Shown: piece after piece, positions 34,939 through 44,494 of the stretch
How positions within the stretch are numbered: position 1 is the stretch's first letter
Layout: every line of letters starts with the position of its first letter
Assembly: GCA_903821695.1 (NCBI GenBank)
Contig: CAIJLX010000051.1
Location: 8,300-72,299 of the forward strand
Reading direction: 5' to 3'
DNA length: 64,000 nt
From: an uncultured Alphaproteobacteria bacterium
Lineage (GTDB): Bacteria > Pseudomonadota > Alphaproteobacteria > Rickettsiales > CAIJLX01
Made by a program: the position numbers and the translations under genes
Notes under the pieces: model-generated
Database searches by the model: none
Told to the model about the DNA's origin: nothing
The model's input: the letters and a program-made list of their open reading frames with translations, nothing else

Positions 34939-35961
34939 TTACAAAGCATTCTTCGAAAAAAGCCCCGGCAAACCAGCTGCGTCGCATATCCCGCGCTCCG
35001 TAATAAACCCCGTTACCAACCTGGCGGGGGTAATATCAAAGGCAGGGTTGGCAGCTTTTGTGCCAGCGGCATAGATGGCGCCCAGCACCTCATCCTGCCC
35101 ACGCTCCTCAATTTCGATGTGAGAAGCATCCGCCAAATCCCAGTCAATGGTCGTATAAGGCAGCGCCACATAAAATGGCACATGGTTATCTTTGGCTGCC
35201 AGCGCCTTCAAATAAGTGCCAATTTTATTACACACATCACCATTTCGAAGTGTCCGATCGGTGCCCACAATACAGAGATCAATCACCCCCTGTTGCATGA
35301 GTAACCCACCCGCATTATCGACAATCACCGTATTAGGCACCCCCGCCTGGCTCAATTCAAACGACGTCAGCGCACCTTGATTGCGTGGCCGCGTTTCATC
35401 AACCCACACATGCACCGGAATGCCCTTCTCATGCACCTTATAAATCGGCGCTAACGCTGTTCCCCAATCCACACAAGCAAGCCACCCGGCATTGCAATGG
35501 GTTAGGATATTGAGTCGCTTTTTCTCAGCATAAATTTTTTCAAAAAGCTTCAAACCATGCGTGCCAATCGCCTCATGAATCGCCGCATCTTCATCGCAAA
35601 GTTCTTGCGCTTTTGCATATGCGGCTTCAATGCGCTGTTCAGGCTTTAATGGAGCCAACACTTCCATCATTTGATCCAGCGACCATTTCAAATTAATCGC
35701 CGTCGGCCGTGTTGCGAGCAATGTTTTATAGGCCGCTTGCAGGTCGATATTTTTCTCCAGCGCAAAGCATAAACCATATGCCGCCGTTGCCCCAATCAGC
35801 GGTGCCCCACGCACCCACATTTCTTTAATGGCGATGGCAACTTCCTCCATCGTTTTGAGCGTGACGAGCTTAATTTCACGCGGCAAAACACGCTGATCGA
35901 GAATCTCAATGCCGCCCTTCACCCGCTCAATCGAACGGCGATATTGTCCGTTGAGTTTCAT
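34939..35961 (-). CDS. mtnA: Methylthioribose-1-phosphate isomerase
   Basis: ILDQR.LP, VRGAPLIG, TRPTAINL, LTHCNAG, DETRPRNQG, NKIGT, NPAFDITP. Confidence 0.95.
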   Translation of the reverse strand: MKLNGQYRRSIERVKGGIEILDQRVLPREIKLVTLKTMEEVAIAIKEMWVRGAPLIGATAAYGLCFALEKNIDLQAAYKTLLATRPTAINLKWSLDQMMEVLAPLKPEQRIEAAYAKAQELCDEDAAIHEAIGTHGLKLFEKIYAEKKRLNILTHCNAGWLACVDWGTALAPIYKVHEKGIPVHVWVDETRPRNQGALTSFELSQAGVPNTVIVDNAGGLLMQQGVIDLCIVGTDRTLRNGDVCNKIGTYLKALAAKDNHVPFYVALPYTTIDWDLADASHIEIEERGQDEVLGAIYAAGTKAANPAFDITPARLVTGFITERGICDAAGLPGLFSKNAL

Positions 35962-37769
35962 AATACGGAGGCAATATCATGAATAGTATTGCGCCCCAAA
36001 ATTAACTTCCGCGCAAACGCAATCGCCGCATTCTCTTTGGTGCCACGCTCCGCAGCATCCGCTATCGATTCCAAATCTTCCACATGCGCAAGACCTACGA
36101 TACGGCGGATAATTTCTACGCCACAATAACCCAACGTATCCTGCCAGATCGTCGCCAATATTTTTTCCAATGCTTGTTTATTAATGTTAAGCGCGAGCGA
36201 AAAACTATCGCCGCTTTTACGCGCGAGGAATAATGCTGAAAATTCTTCTGCGAAAATATTCCAGGTATCCTTCACTTGCGCCAACAACCATTTTTTATAT
36301 TCAGCATCCGAGTGCGAAAAATAACTGAGCAGTAAATTCGCGAGATACATGCCCACATCAAAGCCAATCGGCGCGAAGAAACCAAATTCTGGATCAATCA
36401 CCCGTGTTTCCTTTTCCGTCACCATGATCGAACCACTATGCAAATCCCCATGCGCTAATGCTTCTGCACGAGTAAGGAATGCATGTTTCAATTCCTGCGC
36501 GGCCAATTTAAGTGGCACATCCGTTGCCAAAGATTCCATGGTTTTATCAAGTGCTGGCGAATTCCATTTGTTCATTGGTGCATTGAAATAAGGCTCGCTG
36601 AACACCAAATCTTCGGTGATTTTGCACATCGCCGTATTGCCCGCAAACTGCACCATTTTATTTTTCTTCTCAGCAGCAGAGAGATAAAAATCCGAGGTAT
36701 AAAACAAATTCCGCGCCATGAATTGGCCGATATGTTTTGCGAGGTTCGGATAACGCGTTTTAGCAATCAATCCTTTGCGCAAAATAATATGCGGCGACAG
36801 ACATTCCATCACCGTCAATGCCAATTCCGCATCATGCAAATAAAGTGCCGGAACCAACTCCGGCGTATTCTTATTTTGCTCGACTAACGCCAGGTATTCA
36901 TAATGCGCACGCGACAACGGCAATGGCCAGCTTTCGCCTACCAAGCGCACATAAGGCAGGGCTTGTTTTACGCAGAGTGATTGCTTTGTGCCCTTCACGA
37001 TAAATACGAGGTTTAAATTGCCATCACCCACTTCGCGGATATTCCATTCTTTAGGATTTCCGCCCAAAAACTCCGCCAATTTTTTATGCTCGGCAAGATA
37101 GGCCGGAAGTGTATCCACATCCATTGCGCGGTAAGCAAGATAGGTAATCTCTGCAAAGGTTTTGGCTTCAGTATGCGGCGGTTTCGCAGTGCTGCTGTAA
37201 CGGTTCAGCCACACGGTTTTCCAACCTGCTTTTTTGGCAGCATCTAATTCCGCAACGGAATCAGAGAGGAATAAAATTTCCTGTGGCGCATAGCCGATTT
37301 GCTTTTGAATTTTTTGATACGAATCCGCTTCGAGTTTTCCGCCGATCGTCGTATCGAAATAGCCGGAGAATAGGTTATTCACGTCACCAGCCGCAGTATT
37401 CCCGAATAATAATTTCTGTGCAGCGATGGAGCCTGAGGAATAGACATACAACGTAAAACCAGTGGCTTTCCATTCTTTCAATTTGGCAAGCGCATCGGGA
37501 TAAATATCGGCGACCAATTCACCACTTTTATAGCCTTCCGCCCATACGATACCTTGCAGGGTTTTGAGCGCGGTTTCTTTTTTATCCTCGCGCATCCATT
37601 GCTCAAGTTTTTCGATGGGGTTTTCGCCAACAGCTTTAACTTCCGGGCTGTTTGCATGCTTGCGCACATAATCCGGCAGATGTTTCTCGGCATAGGGAAA
37701 CAGCACCTCTTTCACGAATGAAAGCGAGCTGGTGGTTCCTTCGATATCGGTAACAATGGCTTTAATCAT
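35958..37769 (-). CDS. mtnC-mtnK: Fusion of enolase-phosphatase E1 (MtnC, HAD) and methylthioribose kinase (MtnK)
   Basis: aa 1-~210: DIEGTT, LFPYA, LK.LQG..W..GY, YSSGS..AQ, FLSD...ELDAA. aa ~211-603: EVGDGNLNLVF, VKQALPYVR, HGDLHSGS, IDPEF. Confidence 0.9.
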   Translation of the reverse strand: MIKAIVTDIEGTTSSLSFVKEVLFPYAEKHLPDYVRKHANSPEVKAVGENPIEKLEQWMREDKKETALKTLQGIVWAEGYKSGELVADIYPDALAKLKEWKATGFTLYVYSSGSIAAQKLLFGNTAAGDVNNLFSGYFDTTIGGKLEADSYQKIQKQIGYAPQEILFLSDSVAELDAAKKAGWKTVWLNRYSSTAKPPHTEAKTFAEITYLAYRAMDVDTLPAYLAEHKKLAEFLGGNPKEWNIREVGDGNLNLVFIVKGTKQSLCVKQALPYVRLVGESWPLPLSRAHYEYLALVEQNKNTPELVPALYLHDAELALTVMECLSPHIILRKGLIAKTRYPNLAKHIGQFMARNLFYTSDFYLSAAEKKNKMVQFAGNTAMCKITEDLVFSEPYFNAPMNKWNSPALDKTMESLATDVPLKLAAQELKHAFLTRAEALAHGDLHSGSIMVTEKETRVIDPEFGFFAPIGFDVGMYLANLLLSYFSHSDAEYKKWLLAQVKDTWNIFAEEFSALFLARKSGDSFSLALNINKQALEKILATIWQDTLGYCGVEIIRRIVGLAHVEDLESIADAAERGTKENAAIAFARKLILGRNTIHDIASVL

Positions 37770-37778
37770 GGCCGCTTT

Positions 37779-38354
37779 TTACGCAGCTTTTTGGCCAGAT
37801 GCCAGCTTAAATTGCTCATAGGTCGGAAAGCGGGCAGAGATTGATTCGCCGGTGAAGTTCGCAACCCAACCTTCGGGGTTGGTGAACAGGCGAATGGCGC
37901 AGAATTGCGGGTTTTCACCCATATCAAACCAATGCGGCGTGTTATCCGGCACCGAAATCAAATCCCCGCGCTCACACAAGGTGGCATAGACCTTGCCGCC
38001 AACATGCAAATAAAACAGCCCCTCGCCTTCGACAAAGAAGCGCACTTCATCTTCGCTATGGCGATGTTCGTTGAGAAATTTCTGGCGAAGCTCAGCCTTT
38101 TTTGGATTATCGGCTTTGAGACGAATCACATCCACCGCCTGATAGCCTTTTTCAGCTTTAAGGCGTTCTATATCCTTACTATAGGCCGCAATCACTTCTT
38201 CTTGCCCGGCCTCTGCATCTAATTGAACGGCAGCTTGCCATTGCTCGAAGCGCACGCCCAGTTTTTGCAGGATTGCCGCAATCTGCTTCGCATCACGTGT
38301 TTCTACTTCGGGCGTTTGAGGCGCCGCATCGGGATATACTTTTAGCCAGCTCAT
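37779..38354 (-). CDS. mtnD: Acireductone dioxygenase
   Basis: KFLNEHRHSEDEVRFFVEG.GLF, HWFDMG, IRLF..PEGWVA; start at ATG 38354. Confidence 0.94.
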   Translation of the reverse strand: MSWLKVYPDAAPQTPEVETRDAKQIAAILQKLGVRFEQWQAAVQLDAEAGQEEVIAAYSKDIERLKAEKGYQAVDVIRLKADNPKKAELRQKFLNEHRHSEDEVRFFVEGEGLFYLHVGGKVYATLCERGDLISVPDNTPHWFDMGENPQFCAIRLFTNPEGWVANFTGESISARFPTYEQFKLASGQKAA

Positions 38355-38355
38355 G

Positions 38356-38997
38356 TTATTTCCGTAAACCCAGCTCGCAAGCGAAGAGGAATTCAAGGGC
38401 TTCAACAGCTTTTTGCGCTTCATGCACATCCGCACCCCAGCTATAGAGGCCGTGGCCACGGACTAAAAAGCCCGGAACATCGCTGCGGCCTTCGAGTTTT
38501 TCTTTCACTTCTTCCGCGAGCGACACCATATCCTGCGTGTTTTTGAAGATTGGCACGATCACTTCCGTTTCATGTGTCTCAACACCACCAAAGGCTTTGA
38601 GGATTTCATAGCCGCTGAATTTCAGTTTTTTACGATAATCCGGCAATTGGGTGATGACTACAGCGTTTACCGAATGGGTATGCAACACCGAACCGATTTT
38701 ATCGTTCAGTTTATAAAGCATCGTGTGCAGCGGCGTTTCGGCCGAAGGCTTGCGGCCATCCTGGCTATTGCCTTCCATATCGATGGTGAGGATTTGTTCC
38801 GGGGTTAGGCTGCCTTTTGCAGCGCCGGAGAGGCTGATGGCGGCATATTCCGCATCCAGACGGGCAGAGTAATTGCCGCTGGTGGCGGGGGCCCAGCCTT
38901 TGCTGTCAAAAAACTTGCCAACTTTTACTAATGATTGAGCTGCATCGCTGATAATGCTCTTGTCAAAACTCGGTTTACGTAAGGCTTGAACGCTCAT
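38356..38997 (-). CDS. mtnB: Methylthioribulose-1-phosphate dehydratase
   Basis: GW.PATSGNYS, KPSAET.LH, VLHTHS, GHGLY.WG; GGAGG RBS before ATG 38997. Confidence 0.94.
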   Translation of the reverse strand: MSVQALRKPSFDKSIISDAAQSLVKVGKFFDSKGWAPATSGNYSARLDAEYAAISLSGAAKGSLTPEQILTIDMEGNSQDGRKPSAETPLHTMLYKLNDKIGSVLHTHSVNAVVITQLPDYRKKLKFSGYEILKAFGGVETHETEVIVPIFKNTQDMVSLAEEVKEKLEGRSDVPGFLVRGHGLYSWGADVHEAQKAVEALEFLFACELGLRK

Positions 38998-39109
38998 AGT
39001 TACCTCCCCTGTTTGGATGCCAAAATTGGCAGAAAACCAGGCCAAGTCAAGGTGTTTGGTAACCCATTGAGTCTAGGCCCTTTTTAAGGACCGAAATTTT
39101 CAATTCACG

Positions 39110-39124
39110 TTAACCTTTCGTTAA
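39110..39124. promoter_or_regulatory. CtrA-type box
   Basis: Perfect TTAA-CCTTTCG-TTAA (TTAA-N7-TTAA), about 55 bp upstream of ATG 39180. Confidence 0.6.
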
Positions 39125-39179
39125 ACATTCTTTGGTACTCTAGGAAATATAAGGAATAACGCTTTAGGAGACGCTCTAA

Positions 39180-39506
39180 ATGGCACACCAACGACAAGGC
39201 ATCCCCCAATCCGCACAACGCCTGTTCCCCGAACGCAGCGAACAGCCGTTTGATGTGTTTTTGGTATGCGATAATATCAGCCAGTTTGATCAGAAATATG
39301 TTCAGGATTTGACAGGCTACAACTGCAACTTGTTTCAGGTTGCCCCAGAAGCTGCAAAAGACATCAAAAAAACGCGCAAACTTCGAGCCATTATTAGCGT
39401 ACCGGAACTGAAAGAGGGCAATGGGTTTGAGCTATTGAATAGTCTGCGTGAAGTCGTGGGCAAAAATACCCCCCTGATGGTATTTTCTACAGCAGAAGCC
39501 GCATAA
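39180..39506 (+). CDS. Degenerate receiver-like protein, possibly truncated
   Basis: TAGGAG RBS; VFLVCD...AIISVPELKEGNGFELLNSLRE...TPLMVFST resembles a REC fold, with Val at the phospho-Asp position. Confidence 0.5.
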   Translation: MAHQRQGIPQSAQRLFPERSEQPFDVFLVCDNISQFDQKYVQDLTGYNCNLFQVAPEAAKDIKKTRKLRAIISVPELKEGNGFELLNSLREVVGKNTPLMVFSTAEAA

Positions 39507-39517
39507 GGAGTGAATGT

Positions 39518-39712
39518 ATGGATGCTAAAACAGAAAAAGATATTGCTATACTTAACATGACACCGCTTGTTAGGAGTGCCAAAGAAACAGCGGCTTTATC
39601 TGGCATGAGCTTAGAAGTAAAACAATCCAGCCTTGGGGGCACCATGAAACATGCCAAACTTGGTAGAGGTATAGCAGATCAGGCACCAGCCGGCCAAAAT
39701 AGTCGTTTCTAA
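39518..39712 (+). CDS. Small hypothetical protein, or frameshifted C-terminus of the upstream gene
   Basis: AAGGAG 7 nt before the ATG; 64 aa. Confidence 0.4.
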   Translation: MDAKTEKDIAILNMTPLVRSAKETAALSGMSLEVKQSSLGGTMKHAKLGRGIADQAPAGQNSRF

Positions 39713-40650
39713 GCTTGCTTCAACACCTTCCCCAGTACTTCCGGCGGGAGTTTGAATTTTACGTTTTCTTCGATGCCTTTTAGGATTTCAACTTTTGCGC
39801 CGTGTTTATCGGTGAAATAATCCACCACTTGTTGCACAAGAATTTCAGGTGCTGAGGCACCGGCCGTCAGGCCTACCACTTTTGCATCCTTGCACCATTC
39901 TGGCTGAATCGAGGACACATCGTTGATGAGATAGGCGCGTGTACCCATTTCCTCGCCCAAATCTCGCAGGCGGTTCGAATTCGAGCTATTGGCGGCCCCT
40001 ACTACCAGAATCACATCGCATTGCTCGGCCAGTTCCCGCACGGCGTTTTGGCGGTTTTGGGTGGCGTAGCAAATATCGCGCAAATCGGGCCCCTTGATTT
40101 CGGGGAAACGGGCTTTGAGGGCATCAATGATCGAGCGTGTGTCGTCGACGCTTAATGTTGTCTGTGTCACATAGGCCAGGCGGCTAGGGTCTGCGACAAG
40201 CAAATCTGCGACGTCTTCCGCCTTCTGCACCAATAACACCGGGTTTTTGACTCGGCCAGCCGTGCCTTCCACTTCCGGGTGGCCCTCATGGCCGATCAGC
40301 ACAATCTGGCGCTCTTCCTGCTCATAACGCTGCGCCTCATTATGCACTTTGGTTACCAACGGGCAGGTCGCATCAATCACTGGCAGGCCACGCAGGCGGG
40401 CCATGTCTTCCACTTTTTCGGCCACGCCGTGGGCGCTAAATACCGTAATCGCACCATCGGGAATTTGGGACAATTCCTCAACGAAAATAGCCCCCTTCGC
40501 CCGCAAATCTTCCACCACAAATTTATTATGCACAATTTCATGTCGCACATAAATCGGCGGCCCATAAAGCTTCAGGGCCTGCTCGACAATCTCAATGGCG
40601 CGATCAACGCCAGCGCAAAATCCACGCGGTTGGGCTAAAATGACTTTCAT
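39709..40650 (-). CDS. ispH: 4-hydroxy-3-methylbut-2-enyl diphosphate reductase
   Basis: PRGFCAGV.RA, IVHN, SAHG, DATCPLV.KVH, QTT, ICYATQNRQ, NSSNS, TAGASAP. Confidence 0.97.
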   Translation of the reverse strand: MKVILAQPRGFCAGVDRAIEIVEQALKLYGPPIYVRHEIVHNKFVVEDLRAKGAIFVEELSQIPDGAITVFSAHGVAEKVEDMARLRGLPVIDATCPLVTKVHNEAQRYEQEERQIVLIGHEGHPEVEGTAGRVKNPVLLVQKAEDVADLLVADPSRLAYVTQTTLSVDDTRSIIDALKARFPEIKGPDLRDICYATQNRQNAVRELAEQCDVILVVGAANSSNSNRLRDLGEEMGTRAYLINDVSSIQPEWCKDAKVVGLTAGASAPEILVQQVVDYFTDKHGAKVEILKGIEENVKFKLPPEVLGKVLKQA

Positions 40651-40654
40651 GGGG

Positions 40655-40996
40655 TTACCATTCCTTGAAAATCACAAAAACCGCAAGCACGATTAAGGCA
40701 AAGCCTAATAAATGGTTCCATTTGAGTGATTCGCCGAGATAGAAAATGGAAAAGGCAGCAAATACCGTCAGCGTAATCACTTCCTGGATCGTTTTGAGCT
40801 GTACGCCGGAAAATTGGCTGGAGCCGATGCGGTTGGCAGGGACTTGCAAACAATATTCAAAAAACGCGATGCCCCAGCTGACCAGGATCACCTGCCAAAT
40901 TGGATATTCCTTGAACTTCAAATGGCCATACCAGGCGAAGGTCATGAATAAGTTGGATAGAAACAGCAATCCGATGGTGGTGAGCGAAACGGGCAT
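40655..40996 (-). CDS. DMT family protein (DUF486-like)
   Basis: SNLFMTFAWYGHLK, SWGIAFFEY.LQVPANR.G, QLK.IQEVITL. Confidence 0.9.
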   Translation of the reverse strand: MPVSLTTIGLLFLSNLFMTFAWYGHLKFKEYPIWQVILVSWGIAFFEYCLQVPANRIGSSQFSGVQLKTIQEVITLTVFAAFSIFYLGESLKWNHLLGFALIVLAVFVIFKEW

Positions 40997-40999
40997 AGT

Positions 41000-41533
41000 T
41001 TAGCGACCAAAAGAGGGTTTTACAGGAGGTTCGATTTTCTGTGCTGCTTTGACAATATCAGCAGCAAGCTCTGATGGTTTTTCATAAATTCTAGTAATCG
41101 GGTGACCTAGATGAACTTCACTCCGAAGCTCGCCGGCCTTTTGGTAATATTTTTTTTCTACTGGGAAAAGTCCAATTGCTGGTTCAACTGATGCGGGGCC
41201 ATTAGCAAGCACTTTATCAGTAGCTCGTTCCGTCATGACAATTACAAATTCTGTTGCCGTTTGTGGAATAGATTCCCTTTGTACATTCCCTAAGTCGATA
41301 AACTTCCCGCCCTCTTGGTAGCCGAGCATAAGTTTACGTCCGTGAGAATATTTTTGAAGGTGATCTTGCGCTTCGGATGGCACAAATAAACAAAGTGATT
41401 CTTGCTAATCCATTTCACCATGCCCAGAATTGCCGCTCATGTTTAAGCGCCTTGTCCATTTAGGCTTTCCCGGTTCTGCAGCATCGATTACGTAGATGCT
41501 TCCATGAGACGTTTGAAACCCTAAAACCGGCAT
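41000..41533 (-). pseudogene. Orphan gene interrupted by an in-frame TAG at 41405-41407
   Basis: ATG 41533 (AGGT RBS, TGCGATAAT extended -10) is in frame with the 127-aa ORF: MPVLGFQTSHGSIY...HGEMD*QESLCLFVPSEAQ... Confidence 0.6.
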
Positions 41534-41586
41534 TCATTTACCTATTTGCTGTATTATCGCATCATAGCAATAAGTAGCATTGATAT

Positions 41587-42975
41587 CTAGAGCGAACGGC
41601 GAATTGCCCGGCCGGTTGTCACAAACGCATGGAATGGCAGTTTATCTAAATAGCGCAGCAGCAGGATGGAGGCGAAGAAGAACGTCACCAGTGTCGAGAT
41701 AAAATAGCCGTAGCCATAAAATTCCAGACCTGCGCGCATCGAGATTAAGGTGAAGAGGCCGTTGGTGACCATGAACATGCATTGAATCCACATCGCTTGG
41801 CGGCGGCTATCGAAATAATTGAACATGATGGTGATGAACAGCATCAACACGTGGAAGAACGCGCCTAGTACACCGAAACGATACATCGCGATATGGATAA
41901 AGCGAATGCCCATCAGTTCTAGTATTTTATGCGCCAGCACGATGGATACGAAGCAGATAATGCCTTGCAGCACGATGATGTTGCGGGCACCCGACAGCAC
42001 GCTTTCTTTGATCGCGCGTTGGTTTTCCAGAATGCGTTTAAACGGCGCGTGGTTCAAAATTTCATTATAGAAACGGTGGTATTTCTCGAAGAAATCCGTC
42101 TCCACGCTTAAAATAAACACGGCCATGGCGGGAATAATGGTGAGGTAGGCGAGGAACATCGCATTGCCATATTCGAAATACATCACCATTTTACTTTGCA
42201 GAGTCGTCGCTTCCGGCGCAAAGCACATCACGAGTTTGTCGATCCAGATACCGACCGCATAAAACAAACCACCGAGCGCTACGTCCCAATAACGGTGGAA
42301 ATATTTGATTACGTCGAAGGGTTCGACCACACGGTAGTTATATTCCGAGAACACTTGTGCGAGCAGAATGAAGAAAGTGATGCCAACGCCAACGTTAAAG
42401 CCAAGCAACATCCCTGCATCGCGGTAATCGCCTTTGAGCCAGATCGCGACGATAACGCCTACGGTCATGCCAATGGCGAAGGCACGGGTGATCATCCGGT
42501 AATCTTTGAGTGCTGTTAAGAAGGCGCTGATCATCCAGATGGCGCCGACTAAGAAATAGTTCGAGAAGGCGAGCAATTTGAGCGACAGCGGCAGCTGCAC
42601 ATAACCAAAATAATACCAGGCAACGAGCGGCAGCTGGATAATCATCAGCATCACATAGCTTGAAATCATCATACCGATCGAGCCGGTCACGTTTTTGCGG
42701 AAAATCGCATCGGCCAGATGTCGGGTCGCCACCATACTGAAGGGCGAGGCGAAAATGAGCGAGAAGGCGAAGTTATAAATCAGGATCACGTGGAAATCGA
42801 GGAAGTAGCGGAACGTATGGGTGCTTGAGCCATAAATCGAGATCGCGCCGATCGCGAGAATGGTGATCAGCCATGGGCCGGCAGTGACCATCGCGGAATG
42901 CAGGTGCGCTTGCACCAACCCCATCAAATCGTCTTTATCCATTAATCGCTTAAGCGTAAATCCAATGCCTGCCAT
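41587..42975 (-). CDS. pelG: Pel exopolysaccharide transporter PelG
   Basis: MAGIGF.L N-terminus, GPW, WIDK, ET.F..KY..FY; multi-pass membrane protein. Confidence 0.93.
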   Translation of the reverse strand: MAGIGFTLKRLMDKDDLMGLVQAHLHSAMVTAGPWLITILAIGAISIYGSSTHTFRYFLDFHVILIYNFAFSLIFASPFSMVATRHLADAIFRKNVTGSIGMMISSYVMLMIIQLPLVAWYYFGYVQLPLSLKLLAFSNYFLVGAIWMISAFLTALKDYRMITRAFAIGMTVGVIVAIWLKGDYRDAGMLLGFNVGVGITFFILLAQVFSEYNYRVVEPFDVIKYFHRYWDVALGGLFYAVGIWIDKLVMCFAPEATTLQSKMVMYFEYGNAMFLAYLTIIPAMAVFILSVETDFFEKYHRFYNEILNHAPFKRILENQRAIKESVLSGARNIIVLQGIICFVSIVLAHKILELMGIRFIHIAMYRFGVLGAFFHVLMLFITIMFNYFDSRRQAMWIQCMFMVTNGLFTLISMRAGLEFYGYGYFISTLVTFFFASILLLRYLDKLPFHAFVTTGRAIRRSL

Positions 42976-42979
42976 GATG

Positions 42980-44494
42980 TTATCCCATTACCTTTGCGCC
43001 GATGAGTGATTGATAGAGATAGTGGTACGTGCGGTTATGCAGATTACGGTCATAATAACGGTGCACCCGTTCTTTGATCGCTTGTGAATAACGTTGGTGC
43101 TTCTCTTTATCGATCAGCAATTCGTAAATTTCTTCCGCCATTTCTTGCGGGTTTGAAATGCCGACAATCTCGCCGCCCTGCCCTAACATTGGCTCTTCAA
43201 GCTCCGTGCCACAAATCAATTCGCGGCAGTTTCCAACATCGGTCGCAACACATGGAATGCCCGCAGCTCCGGCTTCCAGAATCACCAAGGGCTGTGCTTC
43301 CGAAATGCTCGAAAGCGCCACAACATCAATCTCTGGCAAGAATTCATCGACCTTCACGCTGCCTTTAAATTGTACAGTGCTTTCGAGGCCTAATATTTTG
43401 ACCAATTCCTGGCACTCTTCCGCATAATCCGTGTCTTCATCAAGCGGGCCCATAATCCATGCACGCGCATTTGGCAGCATTTTTTTGAGCTCTGCACAGG
43501 AACGGATAAAGGTTTTGGTATCTTTAATCTGCACCACACGCCCAATAAGCGCCACTGTTGGCGGGTGGATAGTGTTGCTGTGGCGAATTGCACCGAAACG
43601 GTTCAGGTTAATACCATTGGCGATGATCTGCATTTTTGCAGGGTCTGCACCATCTTCAATTTGCAAGGTTTGGTTTTCTTTGAACAATGTGATGATGCGG
43701 CTTGAGGCCTCATAGCATACGCGGGAATAGCTGATGAACATACCCAGCCAAAGTTCACGCAGACCACGATCAATCTTATCAATCGTCAAATGTTGCGAGA
43801 GAATATTTTGGCTTTCCAACCAATCGACCGATGCAATTTCAATGCGGCGTTCGTTGGTGTAAATGCCGTGTTCGGAAACAATCAGCGGATTGCCGGTTTG
43901 TAAACGCGCACGGGCGCCGAGTAGCCCCGCAAAACCAGTGCAAGTCGCGTGATATAATTTTGCTTTTGGCAATGGCGCAGAAAGAACGGAATAAAAACCG
44001 GTGATCAACGAACGGAACGACCAGAAATAATCGATGAAGGAATTACCTGGCAGTAACTCGTTATACACATTCACCATCGCGCTCCAGCCTTCCTGCGTAT
44101 CGAGGAATTCGCGGATGTCGAAATTCTTATCTTCGCGATCAATGAAATCGATGATTTTTTTCAAATCAAACAATGTCGCGTTTTCCTGGCTGAAGATTTT
44201 AATCTGTTCCGCCACTTTTTCGGCGATGGCTTTGCTGCCATGCTCGGAAACGTCTTTCTCGATTGGGCTATTGCGCAGGATCACCGTTTCGACATGCTTC
44301 AGATTCGCAGGGTATGTGTAACGCTGTTTATACTCTTCCTGCTCGGGCATGATGGAGACGATGCTGAAGGTAAAATCCTTCTGCGATTCGATCAAATCAT
44401 GCACCCAGGTGGAAACACCGCCCATCACGTATGGGTAGCTACCTTCTACGATAATGCAGATATCAGTTTCGACTTTGCTAAATTTACGGCTCAT
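42980..44494 (-). CDS. pelF: GT4 glycosyltransferase PelF
   Basis: DICIIVEGSYPYV.GGVS.W, HATCTGFAG, SEHGIYTNER, GRVV.IKD.KTFI, SISEAQPLVILEA, TDVG. Confidence 0.93.
   Translation of the reverse strand: MSRKFSKVETDICIIVEGSYPYVMGGVSTWVHDLIESQKDFTFSIVSIMPEQEEYKQRYTYPANLKHVETVILRNSPIEKDVSEHGSKAIAEKVAEQIKIFSQENATLFDLKKIIDFIDREDKNFDIREFLDTQEGWSAMVNVYNELLPGNSFIDYFWSFRSLITGFYSVLSAPLPKAKLYHATCTGFAGLLGARARLQTGNPLIVSEHGIYTNERRIEIASVDWLESQNILSQHLTIDKIDRGLRELWLGMFISYSRVCYEASSRIITLFKENQTLQIEDGADPAKMQIIANGINLNRFGAIRHSNTIHPPTVALIGRVVQIKDTKTFIRSCAELKKMLPNARAWIMGPLDEDTDYAEECQELVKILGLESTVQFKGSVKVDEFLPEIDVVALSSISEAQPLVILEAGAAGIPCVATDVGNCRELICGTELEEPMLGQGGEIVGISNPQEMAEEIYELLIDKEKHQRYSQAIKERVHRYYDRNLHNRTYHYLYQSLIGAKVMG

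Noticed and set aside
38998-39110. SAM riboswitch upstream of the mtn operon
   Set aside because: No recognisable SAM-I, SAM-II or SAM-SAH consensus by eye; an Infernal scan would be needed to exclude it fully.
41405-41407. Pyrrolysine or genome-wide amber recoding
   Set aside because: TAG is a normal stop for core genes here (manC, ligA, maeB, pdhB), and no pyl genes are visible.
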